From assembly GCF_031769215.1 (NCBI RefSeq), contig NW_026782073.1:124001-188000 (forward strand): DNA of 64,000 nt. The letters run 5' to 3'. Each line of letters opens with the position of its first letter. Position 1 is the stretch's first letter. The translations under genes were made by a program, and so were the position numbers. Under the pieces are notes generated by a model. The model was not told where the DNA came from, did no database searches, and saw only the letters and a list, made by a program, of their open reading frames with translations. Shown here piece by piece: positions 50,001 through 64,000 of the stretch. This stretch comes from Ylistrum balloti. Its lineage: Eukaryota.

Positions 50001-52108
50001 GTAACTGGACATAGAATTTCATTAAGTGAAATACTGTGATCTATTATATAAAAGAAATGTTTAACTGTCTGTATATGCCTCTTAACTGTTCAAAGAAGAT
50101 ATAAATTGTTCAAACTATACATATAATTATTTATTTTCCTTCACATAGTTATATTAATGCTCAAAGTTTCCATGTAAAAACTAGGAGCAAAACATTCATC
50201 GATTGGATTGTGAACATATATGAAAACTATATCAGATAGTGTTTGAAATTGTCAATTAAATGATGAAGCACAAATCTGCATGTGATGTGGAAGAAGTTCG
50301 TGTTGTACACAGAGTGTGTATTAAGACAAACAGTTACAGAGTAATGTTTATTGCAATCGTCTCATTGGTTTTTATAAAGCATATCTTTGAGTATTTTAAT
50401 TATTTATTTGATGTAATGATCAGGAAACGTATTGGTGTGATTATCTGAACAAAATGTGTTGCTTTTTGACAATACACATACCAGCATTCCATGCTCTGTC
50501 TTCAGATACAAAAGAAATTACACTGTAACAATTTGAATAGTGACCACATAAAGGGACTATTGTGATAACTTATCAATAGTTGGCTTTATACAGGCATACA
50601 TACAATTTCATCATGTAATTACATGATTTATATGGTAAGTGACAAAAGAACAGAAATGAATTGAACCATCACTTGACTTACCATTTTTGTAGAAATATTA
50701 GATGGCAATTGGTCATTCATATGTAAGTTCCCTTTGGTCACTTATTGTGCATTGTCTCATTTTTGGGACTGATCCAGAAAACAATATGGCTGACAGACAG
50801 CCATCTTAGATTTTGACAGTAATAGTTTATCCCTATTTCTAGAGAAATATTTCTGGAATTTAATGTGTAGGTTTCCCTCTATTCCTGGTTGTGCCCATTC
50901 AATTTTGAGCCAGATCAGTCAAACAAAACTTCAGACAGGTGGCTGTCTTGGATTTTGACAGTTGAAGTTTGTTATCAATATTTTTCAAAAAACTGTTGTT
51001 AGATTTTTCATGTGTAGGATTCCCTTGATTTCAAAGGTCATTGGAAAAAAAGGAAAGAAATGAAAAGTAGAGAAAAGATCAATATTGCATAGAATCAATG
51101 TTGGATGGCAAGATTCCTCTGGCATCTCTTGTTACATATATGAAATATTGAGTGCTCTTTAACAGTGCACCCGGAAGATTTGAATTTGCTCTACTGAACC
51201 AGTTCTTTTAAAGCCTCTTACATTTCATATGATTTAAGCTGGCAAGATAACTCTCTTTTATGTCATTTCAAATTTTCAAATAAGTAAGTATATTCATAAG
51301 TAAGTTTGATCTTCTCTTCCTCAGGAAGCTCAGTAATCCCTATGATACTGGTATTAGTTCTCAGCATTACATAAACTCTGCGTGTTTGACATGAAGATAT
51401 GTGCTATATTAAAGTATAAATCTCTGCTGTTTGACTGCAGGGGCCTGTGAAGGAACACTAGCCTGCTCCACATGCCATCTAATCTTCAAGCAAGAGGATT
51501 ATGACAAGATACCAGAAAAACCCACAGATGAAGAACTTGACATGCTGGACTTGGCATATGGCTTAACAAATACGTAAGGATTGGGCTCATCAATATTTCA
51601 TGTGAATTCAAAAAGAAGTGCTATTATAGTGAAAGAGATGTCTTTTAGGCTACTAGCTAGGTTCTAGAATCAATAACCCATATGTGATGGAGGTCAATTT
51701 GTCTCGATGTGGACGAACAATCTGTAATATATCATTATCTCAATCATTCATGGGTAATAGGTTTTACTTATTATGTATTTTGTGTCAAAAAAGTACAAAA
51801 ACTTTTCATTTCTGAATTCTTCAATTACTTCACTTTTCCATCATATGTTATAAAAATAAAATAAATTTCTGTGAATAATTGGAAACAAAAATAGAGAATA
51901 CTGGTGTAAATGAATAATGATTATCTTTGTCCTACAATTGGTATATGTTGACCGATATGATATTTTTCAACAATTTTCAAATTATATGATAGCATTTAAT
52001 TTCTGTTACAGGTCACGTCTGGGTTGTCAAGTAGTAGTGACCAAAGAGATGGATGGACTGCAAGTTCAGGTGCCAACTTCTGTGGTTGATGCTCGAGATC
52101 CGTCCTAG
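47070..52108 (+). CDS. FDX1: Mitochondrial [2Fe-2S] ferredoxin (adrenodoxin), 169 aa; join(47070..47236,48542..48654,51441..51573,52012..52108)
   Basis: Not in the ORF track; found by splicing. Arg/Ser-rich presequence, then [10 protein letters not shown]…[21 protein letters not shown]…[22 protein letters not shown] with four Cys ligands. The [16 protein letters not shown] signature is FDX1-type rather than FDX2-type. Phases 2,1,2 are consistent; 510 nt. Confidence 0.96.
50690..51133 (+). mobile_element. Fragment of a non-autonomous Helentron/HINE-like element with ~160-bp internal repeats, in FDX1 intron 2
   Basis: Shares the unit (…gggactgatc.agaaaa..aatatggc.gacagacagccatcttggattttgacagttgaagtttgttatc…) with 56.1-57.0 kb; ends in imperfect hairpin caagattcctctggcatctcttgTT. 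Classification is inference. Confidence 0.5.
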
Positions 52109-55100
52109 CACTGACTGACCTTCATCCAGACAACTTGTTGAACTTTTAAACTTCTCATTGTAAATATTCTGGATTCTGTAAAATCGTTACTTTTTCTTAA
52201 ATACAAGTAAAGTTAATATCTGTAATTTTGATCCTGCCAAAATGTCAGGAGGTTAAAAAGCATCTTTGAAAACCTCTAAGTATAACGAAGTACCACAATT
52301 TATTGTGAAAATTGTGATCTCTGGTACATTTGGATACTACACATTTAGAGTACTTTGATTCAACAGAAAATCTGCTATCTTTTGAAACAGATTAATTTTA
52401 CTTTTATGATAGACAGATACATTCTACTGTCATGGTAAGCAGATGGAAGTCACTTTTGTTTTAAACTGATGAAATTGCAAGTCTACTCTCTTGTTAAACA
52501 GATTAATTCTAATTTGATGATAAACAGCTGGTCTGCTCATGCTAAACAGATTAAGTGTTTCTTACATTAGAAAAATAACTATTGTACTGTAGTTGAATAT
52601 GTGCAGTTATTAATCACCGCTCAATAAGGGCTAAAAACTGTTGTGTAAATGTCGTCTGAAGAAGCAAAAACATAAATTATACCATCCACAAAGGAAACAC
52701 TTGACGTCAGTCCTTTAATTAAAATTACATGTATTACAATAAATAGTGATAGGAACATTATATGGACATCAATGTAGGCTAGTAATTGAAAAATGACCAA
52801 GTGTTTAGAAGAGAAAATCTGTATCATGACACAGAAATTGTGTGTAACAAGAGAAGTCTTTATCTGTTAAATCAATGAACTTTGACATGAATTAAGTGTT
52901 TTTTAAACTATGACAATCATTCATGTTGACCCTGTGTTAAGCGTTCATGTGTCATAATGTGGGAGGATTTCTGAGAACTCACTGATGAAAATCAGGTAAT
53001 CAGTAACTGTCTATTCCGCTGCTATTTCACATCTACTGCATCACTTCCATTTGATTTTAAAACAGGTCAGGCTTTACAAGAATGAATTAAAGTCATTATT
53101 TATCATAGTCTGTTAATATCAGAAATTATAAACATACCTGTTTTGTTTTTTCATTTCGTTATAATTTCAATAATATCATGTTTAAATCTAAAGCATCTTA
53201 TATACACTATATATTATTGATTGTGCCATCTTAGTTGAACTCCAGCGAAGTCATAATTTAAGTACGACACATTGGAATTTTCCCTGCTTCATATTGGAAT
53301 CAGTGATTAGGTTCACATCAAGTATGAAAAGCATGTCTTGTGATTGATATTGGAATCTTCCTGATGGGAAAATAATAAATTTGTATTTCGATTCCCTAAA
53401 AACATATTATTTTTGTGTATGTATATATACACTAAATCTTGTTAATGAGAACATTATCAGTAGGGTAATGTCACAATTATTTGTGTCCAAGTAGGGAAGT
53501 TTTCCTATTGTCAAAATGTTTTCTCTGTTATCTTGTAGAAGTGTAATGGTATCAAACTATGTGTGTTTAAATGAGTTACATTTTGTCTAGAAATATGTGA
53601 GATCCCATTACTCATTAAATTTCGTTTTGGATGTTTCATGAATACTGGACAAACCAAAAGCTAAACAGCAGTGTTGAGAACTTTTGTATGTAATCTTATA
53701 TTTAGTAGTGTAGCTAAGAGTTGGTCCAGATATAGACGACATCCGTGCAGAAATATAGGTCTCTATATTGACAAACAACAAATCTAAATGTTTTTTCTCC
53801 CAGGTATACTTAAATTTATTGATTTAGTAATGGAACATGTACTTGTTAGCTACAGTAAAACAACTGCTTTTGGACTGTTGGTAGATGTAAAGAAAACAAA
53901 CGCACAAGACATCACTACACTTCAGCTTGATATTTTTTTGTTGACCTCCTTTGGAAGTGTGCCCGAGTAATATTTTGGACCTTCAGCCTGTCAGTAACAA
54001 AGGTCCTTGGATTTATGTTTGTAGTTATTGTTATTACTTGTACCAGTAGCTGATTTATGTGCAGTTATAACTGTTTATCACATGTGTGCTAATAGGGATA
54101 AGGTGAAGGTGCTGTATGATGTTGATTGTCTTGCTAGATTTCTATATAATATTTAATTTGATTTATATGCACATTGCCACCAATAAATACCCAGACATTA
54201 TTTTTAGAGAAATATTTTTGAATTTATTAAAACAAATTTTACAGCTTCCATTGATATCATATTGATTTAACACAGCATACCAGTATGTACTTAGTTTATA
54301 AAGTTATTAAAACGTAATAATTCTGATAGATACCTGGTGGAGATTTTTTTTACAGTAAAGAAAATCATTTTTGTAAGGATTCTTCTTTTCAGTGTAACTC
54401 TATGGCATTAAAAATTGTGTTAGAATTGCATTTTAAAACCATTTCAGGAGTAGGCCTGTATTTTTTTACAGTACTTGCAGTTCTCATTGACAAGTAGATT
54501 ATTTTCAAGAGTTCTGATATACGACTAGTCTGAATAATGTCCTGTTTTTTTTCTGATGGCAGTTCATATAGAAGGTTATTCTGTAAAATGTATTTGATGA
54601 TTTACTTTCATCTTGAAGAATTTAGGATGCAATTTTATCAGACTAATTAAATTTTGTACCATCAAATTGCAGTAATTATTAAATTTTTATTGTGATTTGT
54701 GCTAAATGATTTACCAAATTCAATTGACAGCATATGTGTATATTTACAATGTAGGATGAATGAGCACCAGCAGATTTAGCTGTGATACCATGTATATATA
54801 TGTGAATACAGACATTGTATTTTCTTGGGATGTGTTTGAATGCAGAAATGGTATTGTCTTTGGGTGTGATGTCTTGTATTTTATGGGAGTTTTAAGACAT
54901 CATGTACCATACATTGTTTGAGTCTATGTGAGGATCTTGTATGTGTAAAGACACAACAAAGTCTTTAGATTTGAAAACATTACAGTGTCTAGGATTTCAA
55001 AATCTTAATGTTGTCATGGGGTGTTAAGATAATACAATGTCTAGGAATTTGATAATCTTACATTGTCTTGGGATTGTACCTTGCATTGCATAATAGTCTT

Positions 55101-56089
55101 TACATTGTCAGTGAAGTTTTAAAGATGTTAGTGCTCATTGGGTTAGACGACATCACATGATCAGGGAGAATGAAGGCATTAAATTGTATGTGAATGTGGA
55201 GACATTGTATGATTTTAGATCATTTTCATGTCTTAGTAAAATCAAAATGTCAATAGGTCAAAATGTCAATAGGTCCAAATGATAATAGTACACACTCTTC
55301 AAACGTGTGAAGCTTTAGATGCAGGAAGCCATAAAATTTTGACAGTTGGAAAATGTCATTTTTGTTGTTGTTACGTTAAGGCATTATTATTACTCTAATT
55401 AATGGGAGATAACTCGAGTTAGTGATGTGATATAATGCATATTTATTGTATGAATGGTGGTATTTTTGTATATCACTTTTCCTGTTGTACTGACTTTCTG
55501 TATAGCACTAATCAGAGTATCAGAGGAGATGCTGTTGATTAGTAACTCAGTTTATATGACTGTTGAGAGAGATGGTTGATAAAACGAATTAGTGAGTGTG
55601 CTAATATGTTTAAATTACCTGTATAATGATGATACTTGCTGTGTCTGTATGATGAAACATTGACATTAAACTGGATTTTAATCACTTTTTTGATTTTAAT
55701 TCACTTGGTATCTTTTTTTTTAGGTTTTCTGAAAAACCTGATATACATTCAAAAATTTCATAATTTATACTAGTAAATATGTAAATCATTTAATGACACA
55801 TTTGATGGGATCAATTTCACTCAAACTTATCCTGTACTTCACAAAAATGTGTTTTCATTATCATTGCAGACAAGTTTCCGCTGAATTCCAATGGTGGATC
55901 TAAGGAGGCTTCAAATATGTGTTGATATGAAAAACCTTTATTGCACATTTATGTCAAAAAAGGCTGTCGTTCAAATTTCATGAAGTGACCAAAGATAACA
56001 ACTTTTGTCAAAATGTGTTCATTTATATTTCCATCGAGTTTCATTTCAGCTCAGTAGTCAAAGTTGCACTGGAAAAGCAATTTGAAATA

Positions 56090-56963
56090 TTTCACAAGAG
56101 ATGATGCCCATCTTAGATTTTCCGACTGACCCGAAAAATAATAATGATCGGATCTACCTTTGGATAGTTGCAAGCAAGTTTCAACAACAGCCGATTGGTT
56201 AAACTTGAGAAGTACTAGATGGATCTTTCTTAAATTTCATTGGTAGGTTCCCCTTGGTCCGTAATTGTGGCCGTTTGATTTTGGGTCTGATCAGAAAAAT
56301 GAAATGGCCGAGAGGCAGTCATCTTGGATTCTGACTTTGAAGGTTTGTTATCACCATTTCTTGAGAACTGTTGCATAGATCTTTCTCAAATTACATATAA
56401 AGCTTTATTTTGGTTCCTACTTTTGCCTATCTAATTTTGGGACTGATCAGAAAATAAAAAAAAATGGCCGACAGACAGCCATCTTGGATTTTTTAATTTG
56501 AAAGTTTGTTATCGCTATTTCTTAAGAAGTACTGGATAGATCTCTCTCAAATGTCATATGTTAGGATCCCAGTTGTGTCAATTTGATTTTGGGACTGATC
56601 AGAACAACAAAATAGCCGACATATTTGGTGATCACTATAGATCTTTATCAAATCTCATGTATATGGTTCTTTAGGTCCCTAGCTGTGCCTTTTCGAGTTT
56701 GGGAATGATCAGAAAAATAAAATGGCCGAGAGACAGTCATCTTGGATTTTACATATTAAAGATTGTTATTGCTATTTCTTAAGAAATACCGAATGGCCAT
56801 TTTGGATTTGGCAGGTAAAGCTTATTATCGCTACTTCTGCGAAGGAATGTTCAAATGTTTTATCAATAAGAGCAAAAACAGATAAAAGAAGGGAAACGAT
56901 CTTTCGAAGAGCATATAAAGATCAAACAATGGTGGGCGCCAAGATCCCCCTGGGATCTCGTGT
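56090..56963 (+). mobile_element. Non-autonomous Helentron/HINE-like element with ~4-5 diverged ~155-170-bp internal tandem units
   Basis: aaatggccga..cag.catcttggatt recurs at about 56290, 56462, 56610 and 56720. 3' end is ggtgggcgcca followed by hairpin AGATCCC-cct-GGGATCT (56942-56958). Confidence 0.55.
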
Positions 56964-57536
56964 CATTCACTCGAACTCGATACCCAAAAGGAATTTTATA
57001 AGTAATGATAATGAACGTTTTACTGGTTTTGGACATGTGAAGATGCAATGCACTGCATACCTGTACCTCACCCTTGTTTGAGTCTTATTTTTCAGTCATG
57101 TTGTTTACACTTGTAATGTATGTGAATCAATTCCTCGACTAAGCCACGTCTAAAGGTTCCAGACACGAAATGAGGATGTTTTGTTTTTCTTGTTTTATTT
57201 GTTGGGTTTTTGTTGTTGTTTTTCTTTCGTTTTAATTCATATTTTCTCTGAGGTTTTGCATAGTACATTTACTATAATTATATTTTCAGTTTCTCAAATA
57301 TACACTACACTCAACCATTTGTTTCCTTTCAATCTACCTTGGATACATCCATGAAATCCCAGGGGTTTCAATCACTTTTGCTCTCTGCACTGCTGGATTT
57401 ACTTATTTATCTATTTATTTAACGGGTTTTACGTCCATCATTACAGCTTGAAGCCTTTCAGCGGTATATGCACCCTTGGAACATGTCATGGCAAGATTGA
57501 AGGTAGAAATGAAGTAATTTTATTTAATCCAGGAGG

Positions 57537-59290
57537 GGAGTATCGAGGATGAAGTGATCGTAATACCTGGAGTATCGAGGATGATGTGATCGTAATACCT
57601 GGAGTATCGAGGATGAAGTTATCGTAATACCTGGAGTATCGAGGATGAAGTGATCGTAATACCTGGAGTATCGAGGATGAAGTTATCGTAATACCTGGAG
57701 TATCGAGGATGAAGTGATCGTAATACCTGGAGTATCGAGGATGAAGTGATCGTAATACCTGGAGTATCGAGGATGAAGTGATCGTAATACCTGGAGTATC
57801 GAGGATGAAGTGATCGTAATACCTGGAGTATCGAGGACGATGTATCGTAATACCTGGAGTATGAAGTGATCGTAATACCTGGAGTATCGAGGACGAAGTG
57901 ATCGTAATACCTGGAGTATCGAGGACGATGTGATCGTAATACCTGGAGTATCGAGGACGATGTGATCGTAATACCTGGAGTATCGAGGATGAAGTGATCG
58001 TAATACCTAGAGTATCGAGGACGAAGTTATCGTAATACCTGGAGTATCGAGGACGATGTGATCGTAATACCTGGAGTATCGAGGATGAAGTGATCGTAAT
58101 ACCTAGAGTATCGAGGATGAAGTGATCGTAATACCTGGAGTATCGAAGTTATCGTGATCGTAATGACGAAGTGATCGTAATACCTGGAGTATCGTGATGA
58201 ATCGAGGATGAAGTGATGATGATCGTAATACCTGAAGTATACCTGGAGTATCGAGGATGAAGTGATCGTAATACCTGGAGTATCGAGGATGTGAAGTATC
58301 GTAATACCTGGAGTATCGAGGATGAATGTGATCGTAATACCTTCGAGGACGTCGTAATACCCGGAGTATCGAGGATGAAGTGATCGTAATACCTGGAGTA
58401 TCGAGGACGATGTGATCGTAATACCTGGAGTATCGAGGATGAAGTTATCGTAATACCTGAAGTATCGAGGACGAAGTGATCGTAATACCCGGAGTATCGA
58501 GGATGAAGTGATCGTAATACCTGGAGTATCGAGGACGAAGTTATCGTAATACCTGGAGTATCGAGGACGATGTGATCGTAATACCTGGAGTATCGAGGAC
58601 GATGTGATCGTAATACCTGGAGTATCGAGGATGAAGTGATCGTAATACCTAGAGTATCGAGGACGATGAGATCGTAATACCTGGAGTATCGAGGATGAAG
58701 TGATCGTAATACCTGAAGTATCGAGGACGAAGTGATCGTAATACCTGGAGTATCGAGGATGAAGTGATCGTAATACCCGGAGTATCGTGGATGAAGTGAT
58801 CGTAATAACTAGAGTATCGAGGATGAAGTGATCGTAATACCTAGAGTATCGAGGATGAAGTGATCGTAATACCTGGAGTATCGAGGACGAAGTGATCGTA
58901 ATACCTGGAGTATCGAGGATGAAGTGATCGTAATACCTAGAGTATCGAGGATGAAGTGATCGTAATACCTGGAGTATCGAGGATGAAGTGATCGTAATAC
59001 CTAGAGTATCGAGGATGAAGTGATCGTAATACCTGGAGTATCGAGGATGAAGTGATCGTAATATCTGGAGTATCGAGGATGAAGTGATCGTAATACCTAG
59101 AGTATCGAGGATGAAATTATCGTAATACCTGGAGTATCGAGGACGATGTGATCGTAATACCTGGAGTATCGAGGACGATGTGATCGTAATACCTGGGGTA
59201 TCGAGGATGAAGTGATCGTAATACCTAGAGTATCGAGGATGAAGTGATCGTAATACCTAGAGTGTCGAGGATGAAGTGGATAATACCAAT
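57537..59290. repeat. 32-bp minisatellite (ggagtatcgaggatgaagtgatcgtaatacct), ~55 copies
   Basis: Period 32 (57541, 57573…); locally scrambled at ~58130-58360. Confidence 0.97.
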
Positions 59291-61590
59291 GCCTGATTTT
59301 ACAGAAAAACAAAACGTTTGAGCAATTTCTCTCCAAAATGTGTGGTTAATAGATTGCGAGAGACTTAAGTAACACAAAAACTACACCAAACGAATGATTG
59401 TTAATTAATTAATTTATTGTTTCCGTTTATCTTTTATGATTTGCGGGAATGGGCAAAGCGAGATCTCAAAACATAAACTATGGAATGTGTCATCAAGGAA
59501 TAAAGGTTTCAACTGGGATTTTACATCCTCGGGATATCTAATTTCGTAAGGAAATGGAAAAACATATGATCGCTCACCATTATATTATAGTATCATCACT
59601 GTGACAACGGGCTGTCCATTCAGAATCACAGGGACTTGACACAAATTCCTACCCATAGACCATATACATACCTATCTAGATCTAGATATAGACTGGGGGT
59701 TGGGATTTCGTGCCAAGAGTCCATGTGGTCTGAAATACATGTATTTACGATAAGTTCAACTAAAGTAGAAAATAGCAAGTGTTTGAAAATATTGTTTTAT
59801 TATAATTTAAATTTGAACTTTAACAGACTTTTGTTTGTCTCGGTTAGTGGGAAAGTGTCTTTTAATCAAATAAACCACAATGAAAAAAATTAACCCAGTT
59901 CAGGCTACTACCTGAATTAATTGACCTTTACCGTCATTTTGGGGTAAAAACACGAACCTCGCCATTTTCTATTTTCAAAAGGAGACATTCTATATTTGTA
60001 ACTAATACATGTTCAACCAAATCGATGAAACGTCGCGTGACTGTTGACAATTTTGATTATTTACTAATACTATATTGAATCATGTAAACAGCATTTATTT
60101 TTTAAAATGTATTTGCACAAGTTGAATCATTAGTTATAATTGGGTAACAATTTCAAAAATAGAAAGGAAAATAAATAAAGCCAGGAAATGTAGCGTAATC
60201 GTAGTGTTTGCTGCACGATTTGCTAGTGTCTATGATCATATGCGTGTAATCCGGTCTACACACACTTTGAACTTTACGTACTGTGATACATAGACTCTTT
60301 AGAATCCAGAATCTTTATTTATGTTCGCTGATTTTCTCAACATACGGTCCTGTTTATATTCTTAAAAATAATAGGGAAATTTGCCAAACATAAAAATTAT
60401 CTCATTAGATATTTATAGTGTGTCTGAACGAATTCACGAAAAGATGCAGTGTCTGGAAAAATGTGTTAGAGAAAACACCGCTGATAGACATTGTATAATT
60501 AACACAGTCCGAAATCACACATGGCCGAGGTTAAATTAAATAGAGAATATGTTCTAAGTAAATAGCCGCCAGGCTCAACAATAGGGTAGACCGAGCGGAC
60601 AGGTCGGGAGGTAGATGGAGCCTTATACACGTATGTTAAGTACTTAGTATCGAAGATTTTATGGCGCGAACTGGACTATATACTTCATTTCTGTTATATC
60701 ACTATACCACCGTCCATATAATGTCCAGTGTGTGTTTATTGTTCCTGGTCAACCACAGACTCCTGGTCAGTTAATCTGCTGGTACATTATACGCTGATGC
60801 AGTTCCGGGTAAGTTTTAATTTATCAAGTACATTCTCAAAAATAGTATTTAATGCTATATTGTAATACGTCTCTGCTATGATACAGCTAACATCAGTTTG
60901 TAAGCTTGTCAGTATCAAAGTCCAGCAAATCACTATTTCATTACATCAATATGCGTTAAAAATTAGAAATTTATTCAAACATATTGAAGAAGAGGGATGT
61001 TTTATATTCGTTTTATTGTTCATGTTAAACAAATTATGTATTTTAACGAAAACGTGGGTGGTTGATTGGGAATTTTTTAAAAATTTGGACACTATAATAA
61101 TATATTCAGCTGTATTAACTTTGTATAGTATTATAAGTATACATACACTAAAACCCTTTGTGACGTAACAATCAACGTAATCTTCCACTAATCGGCTTTT
61201 CTCATCTGTAATATATATATCTGACAGTTTCGTAGTAAACCTTGTTCAATACACGATAGGAAGGGGTTATATATAGCATGTTTTCCGGACGTGTTGAAGG
61301 AAGGGAGCAGTATGCATATCCTTGAGACAGAACGAACTTTAAACAAAATACCACCTAGATAGCATCTGTAGTTGAACTCATTACTATAATATCATACTGT
61401 AGATTCCATAGAAACGGGTAACTCAACCTGGATGTTTTAATATAACAAAAATAAACGGAGACTAGTTCAACATACTCCATCTTCTACTAGAAAAAGAAGC
61501 AAGATTTACTTTATATTTATAGACAAGGTGTGGTGAGGAAAAGGAGCTTCCTTGTCCAAAGTTTCATCCTAAATCTGACTCGCCCAATAT

Positions 61591-62775
61591 ACCAAATTGT
61601 TTCTTAAAACCCTTAAATGTATCCAACTGCTTCTTAAAACCCTTAAATGTATCCAACTGCTTCTTAAAACCCTTAAATGTATCCAACTGCTTCTTAAAAC
61701 CCTTAAATGTATCCAACTGTTTCTTAAAACCCTTAAATGTATCCAACTGCTTCTTAAAACCCTTAAATGTATCCAACTGCTTCTTAAAACCCTTAAATGT
61801 ATCCAACTGCTTCTTAAAACCCTTAAATGTATCCAACTGCTTCTTAAAACCCTTAAATGTATCCAACTGCTTCTTAAAACCCTTAAATGTATCCAACTAT
61901 TTCTTAAAACCCTTAAATGTATCCAACTGTTTCTTAAAACCCTTAAATGTATCCAACTGTTTCTTAAAACCCTTAAATGTATCCAACTGTTTCTTAAAAC
62001 CCTTAAATGTACCAACTGCTTCCTAAAACCTTAAATTTACCCAACTGCTTCTTAAAACCCTTAAATGTATCCAACGGTTTTAAACCCTGAAACATACACA
62101 TCTGTTTATAAAACCCTTAAATACCCAATTGATTTTAACCCTGAAATATACACATCTGTTTATAAAACCCTTAAATACCCAACTGATTTTAACCCTGAAA
62201 TATACACATCTGTTTATAAAACCCTTAAATACCCCACTTTTTTAACCCTGTATTATATACAGCTGTTTCTTAAAACCCTTAAATACCCCACTTTTTTAAC
62301 CCTGTATTATATACAGCTGTTTCTTAAAACCCTTAAATACCCCACTTTTTTAACCCTGTATTATATACAGCTGTTTCTTAAAACCCTTAAATACCCAACT
62401 GTTTTTAAAACATGACTATACACACCTGTTTCTTAAAAACCTTAAATACCCCACTTTTTTAACCCTGTATTATATACAACTGTTTCTTAAAACCCTTAAA
62501 TACCCCTCTATTTAAACCCTGTATTATATACATCTTTTTATTAAAACCCTTAAATACCCCACTTTTTTAACCCTGTATTATATACAGCTGTTTCTTAAAA
62601 CCCTTAAATACCCAACTGTTTTTAAAACATGACTATATACACCTGTTTCTTAAAATACTTAAATATACCCGACTGTTCCTCAAAACCCTTAAATATACCC
62701 ATTTGTATCTCAGTTAAACCCTCATATATACCCACCTGCTTCTTAAAATACTTAAATATACCCAACTGTTTTTAA
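61591..62775. repeat. Compound minisatellite: ~15 x 30-bp unit (ttcttaaaacccttaaatgtatccaactgc) grading into 54-bp units and then degenerate copies
   Basis: Period 30 to ~62064; period 54 at 62101/62155 and 62221/62275. Confidence 0.95.
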
Positions 62776-64000
62776 ACGTTGCGATGATAGGTAACGCCAC
62801 CATAACGATATAATTAAAAAAAATCTTTGCGATAAGATCGATAAAAGCTAAAGGTCTTCTCCAATAATCCATTTCTCCTATTGTTTACTGTGTATTGTTA
62901 GATGAAATACTAAGGCACAAACATATATACTGTTCAGGGTTCCGGATATACCCCTGTCGGACCAAGTCCTTGAGGAAATAAGGAACTTCCTTCGAACATC
63001 TTAATCATACATTGACTATGTATATGTTTATATATTATAACTGCAAAAACGAACAATTACTTTTAAAAACTTTAAGGCTATATTTAATTTGTATAAGATA
63101 TTTGTGATAAGGTTCCATTTGATGTGAAGGCGAGGAAACGGACTTCTTTTCCATCAAAATGGTGTAATGCTTACACAGAATGTATTTGTAATTGTACTTG
63201 TAATGTGTAAATGTTTATTAAATATTGTTTCACTAGAAATGTATTGAAACCCTTGCGTAGGCCTACATCCTTCTCCCGTATCAAACTCAAACAAAAACGC
63301 GGGTTATGCGTTGACGCACATTAAGTTACGGGACACGTGCTGGTCATGTGATATCTGTCTGAAAAGCACGAGAAGATGGCTGGTGAAGAAGGTGTCCACC
63401 CAAAAATTCTCTGTTTGCCTTGGCAGACGACAAAGTTACATATGACCAGAGGGTATTCAGTTTGATCATCGGTGACATACAGAGGATGTACACTGGTAAA
63501 CAAAGTAGCTGATGGCATTTTTTTCACTTTTGCTACCACAGTGTACTAGTGGTCTTTATCCCGGGGAAGGATGAATCCGGAGGACAAATGGCCAAACACA
63601 GACAGCCAGCAGTAAATGAATTTGGTCAATTTCAAATTTGATTCAGAACAGACAAATGAAAAAAATAGTGACAAATGCACTTATTAATGAGGATAGGGAG
63701 TGCGATTGAGCGCATGTTGCCGAAACGATAGTACTAATAACTGGCCTGTGGTGTTTATTTAATGATGTTGTCTGTTATTTTACATAGCTATCATTCTTTG
63801 TAACATTTCACGTGACATATAAATGTATTTTAAGCATTAATTTCTCACGATGACAATAGTTGTCGAATTGAAGGATATATTTGATATGATATGTACCCTC
63901 CCAGTTAGCTGAAGTAGGTAAGGTATTATAAAGTATTTACTTGTCTATACATGTGTGGAAAGCTTTAAAAGCTTGTATACAAGATATCTCATGGAGTTCA

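Noticed and set aside
57537-59290. 32-bp repeat of CRISPR-like length
   Set aside because: Contiguous tandem units with no spacers.
61564-62415. Long ORFs on both strands (DTFKGFKKQL, WIHLRVLRS, LKTLKCIQL repeats)
   Set aside because: Artefacts of 30-bp and 54-bp tandem units (multiples of 3 lacking stops in some frames).
63290-63620. Possible promoter or first exon of a gene at the right edge
   Set aside because: Only short ORFs and no strong donor; cannot be supported from this window.
1-64000. tRNA, rRNA, snRNA or telomerase-RNA genes
   Set aside because: No cloverleaf, A/B-box pair, rRNA signature or CTAACCCTAA template noticed by eye; a tRNAscan-SE/Infernal run is needed to exclude them.

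Overview
AT-rich, intron-containing animal genomic DNA. Gene content and repeat style suggest a lophotrochozoan, probably a bivalve mollusc (inference). Splicing by hand gives five well-supported protein-coding genes: (1) a 3-exon gene (+, 6644-11259, ~926 aa) whose N-terminal half is a Crypton-type tyrosine-recombinase (DUF3504-like) domain lacking the C-terminal catalytic motifs, i.e. a probable domesticated transposon; (2) PRDM13 (-, 3 coding exons, 512 aa); (3) RSPH3 (-, 7 coding exons, 415 aa); (4) a membrane-anchored copper amine oxidase with an uninterrupted CDS (+, 873 aa); (5) FDX1/adrenodoxin (+, 4 exons, 169 aa). There are weaker gene fragments in the first 4.3 kb, a decayed Tc1/mariner element, two Helentron-like repeat-carrying elements and several minisatellites. 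Two 49-bp arrays are homologous and lie in opposite orientation on either side of PRDM13 exon 1. All assignments come from motif recognition and manual translation; no database searches were run.
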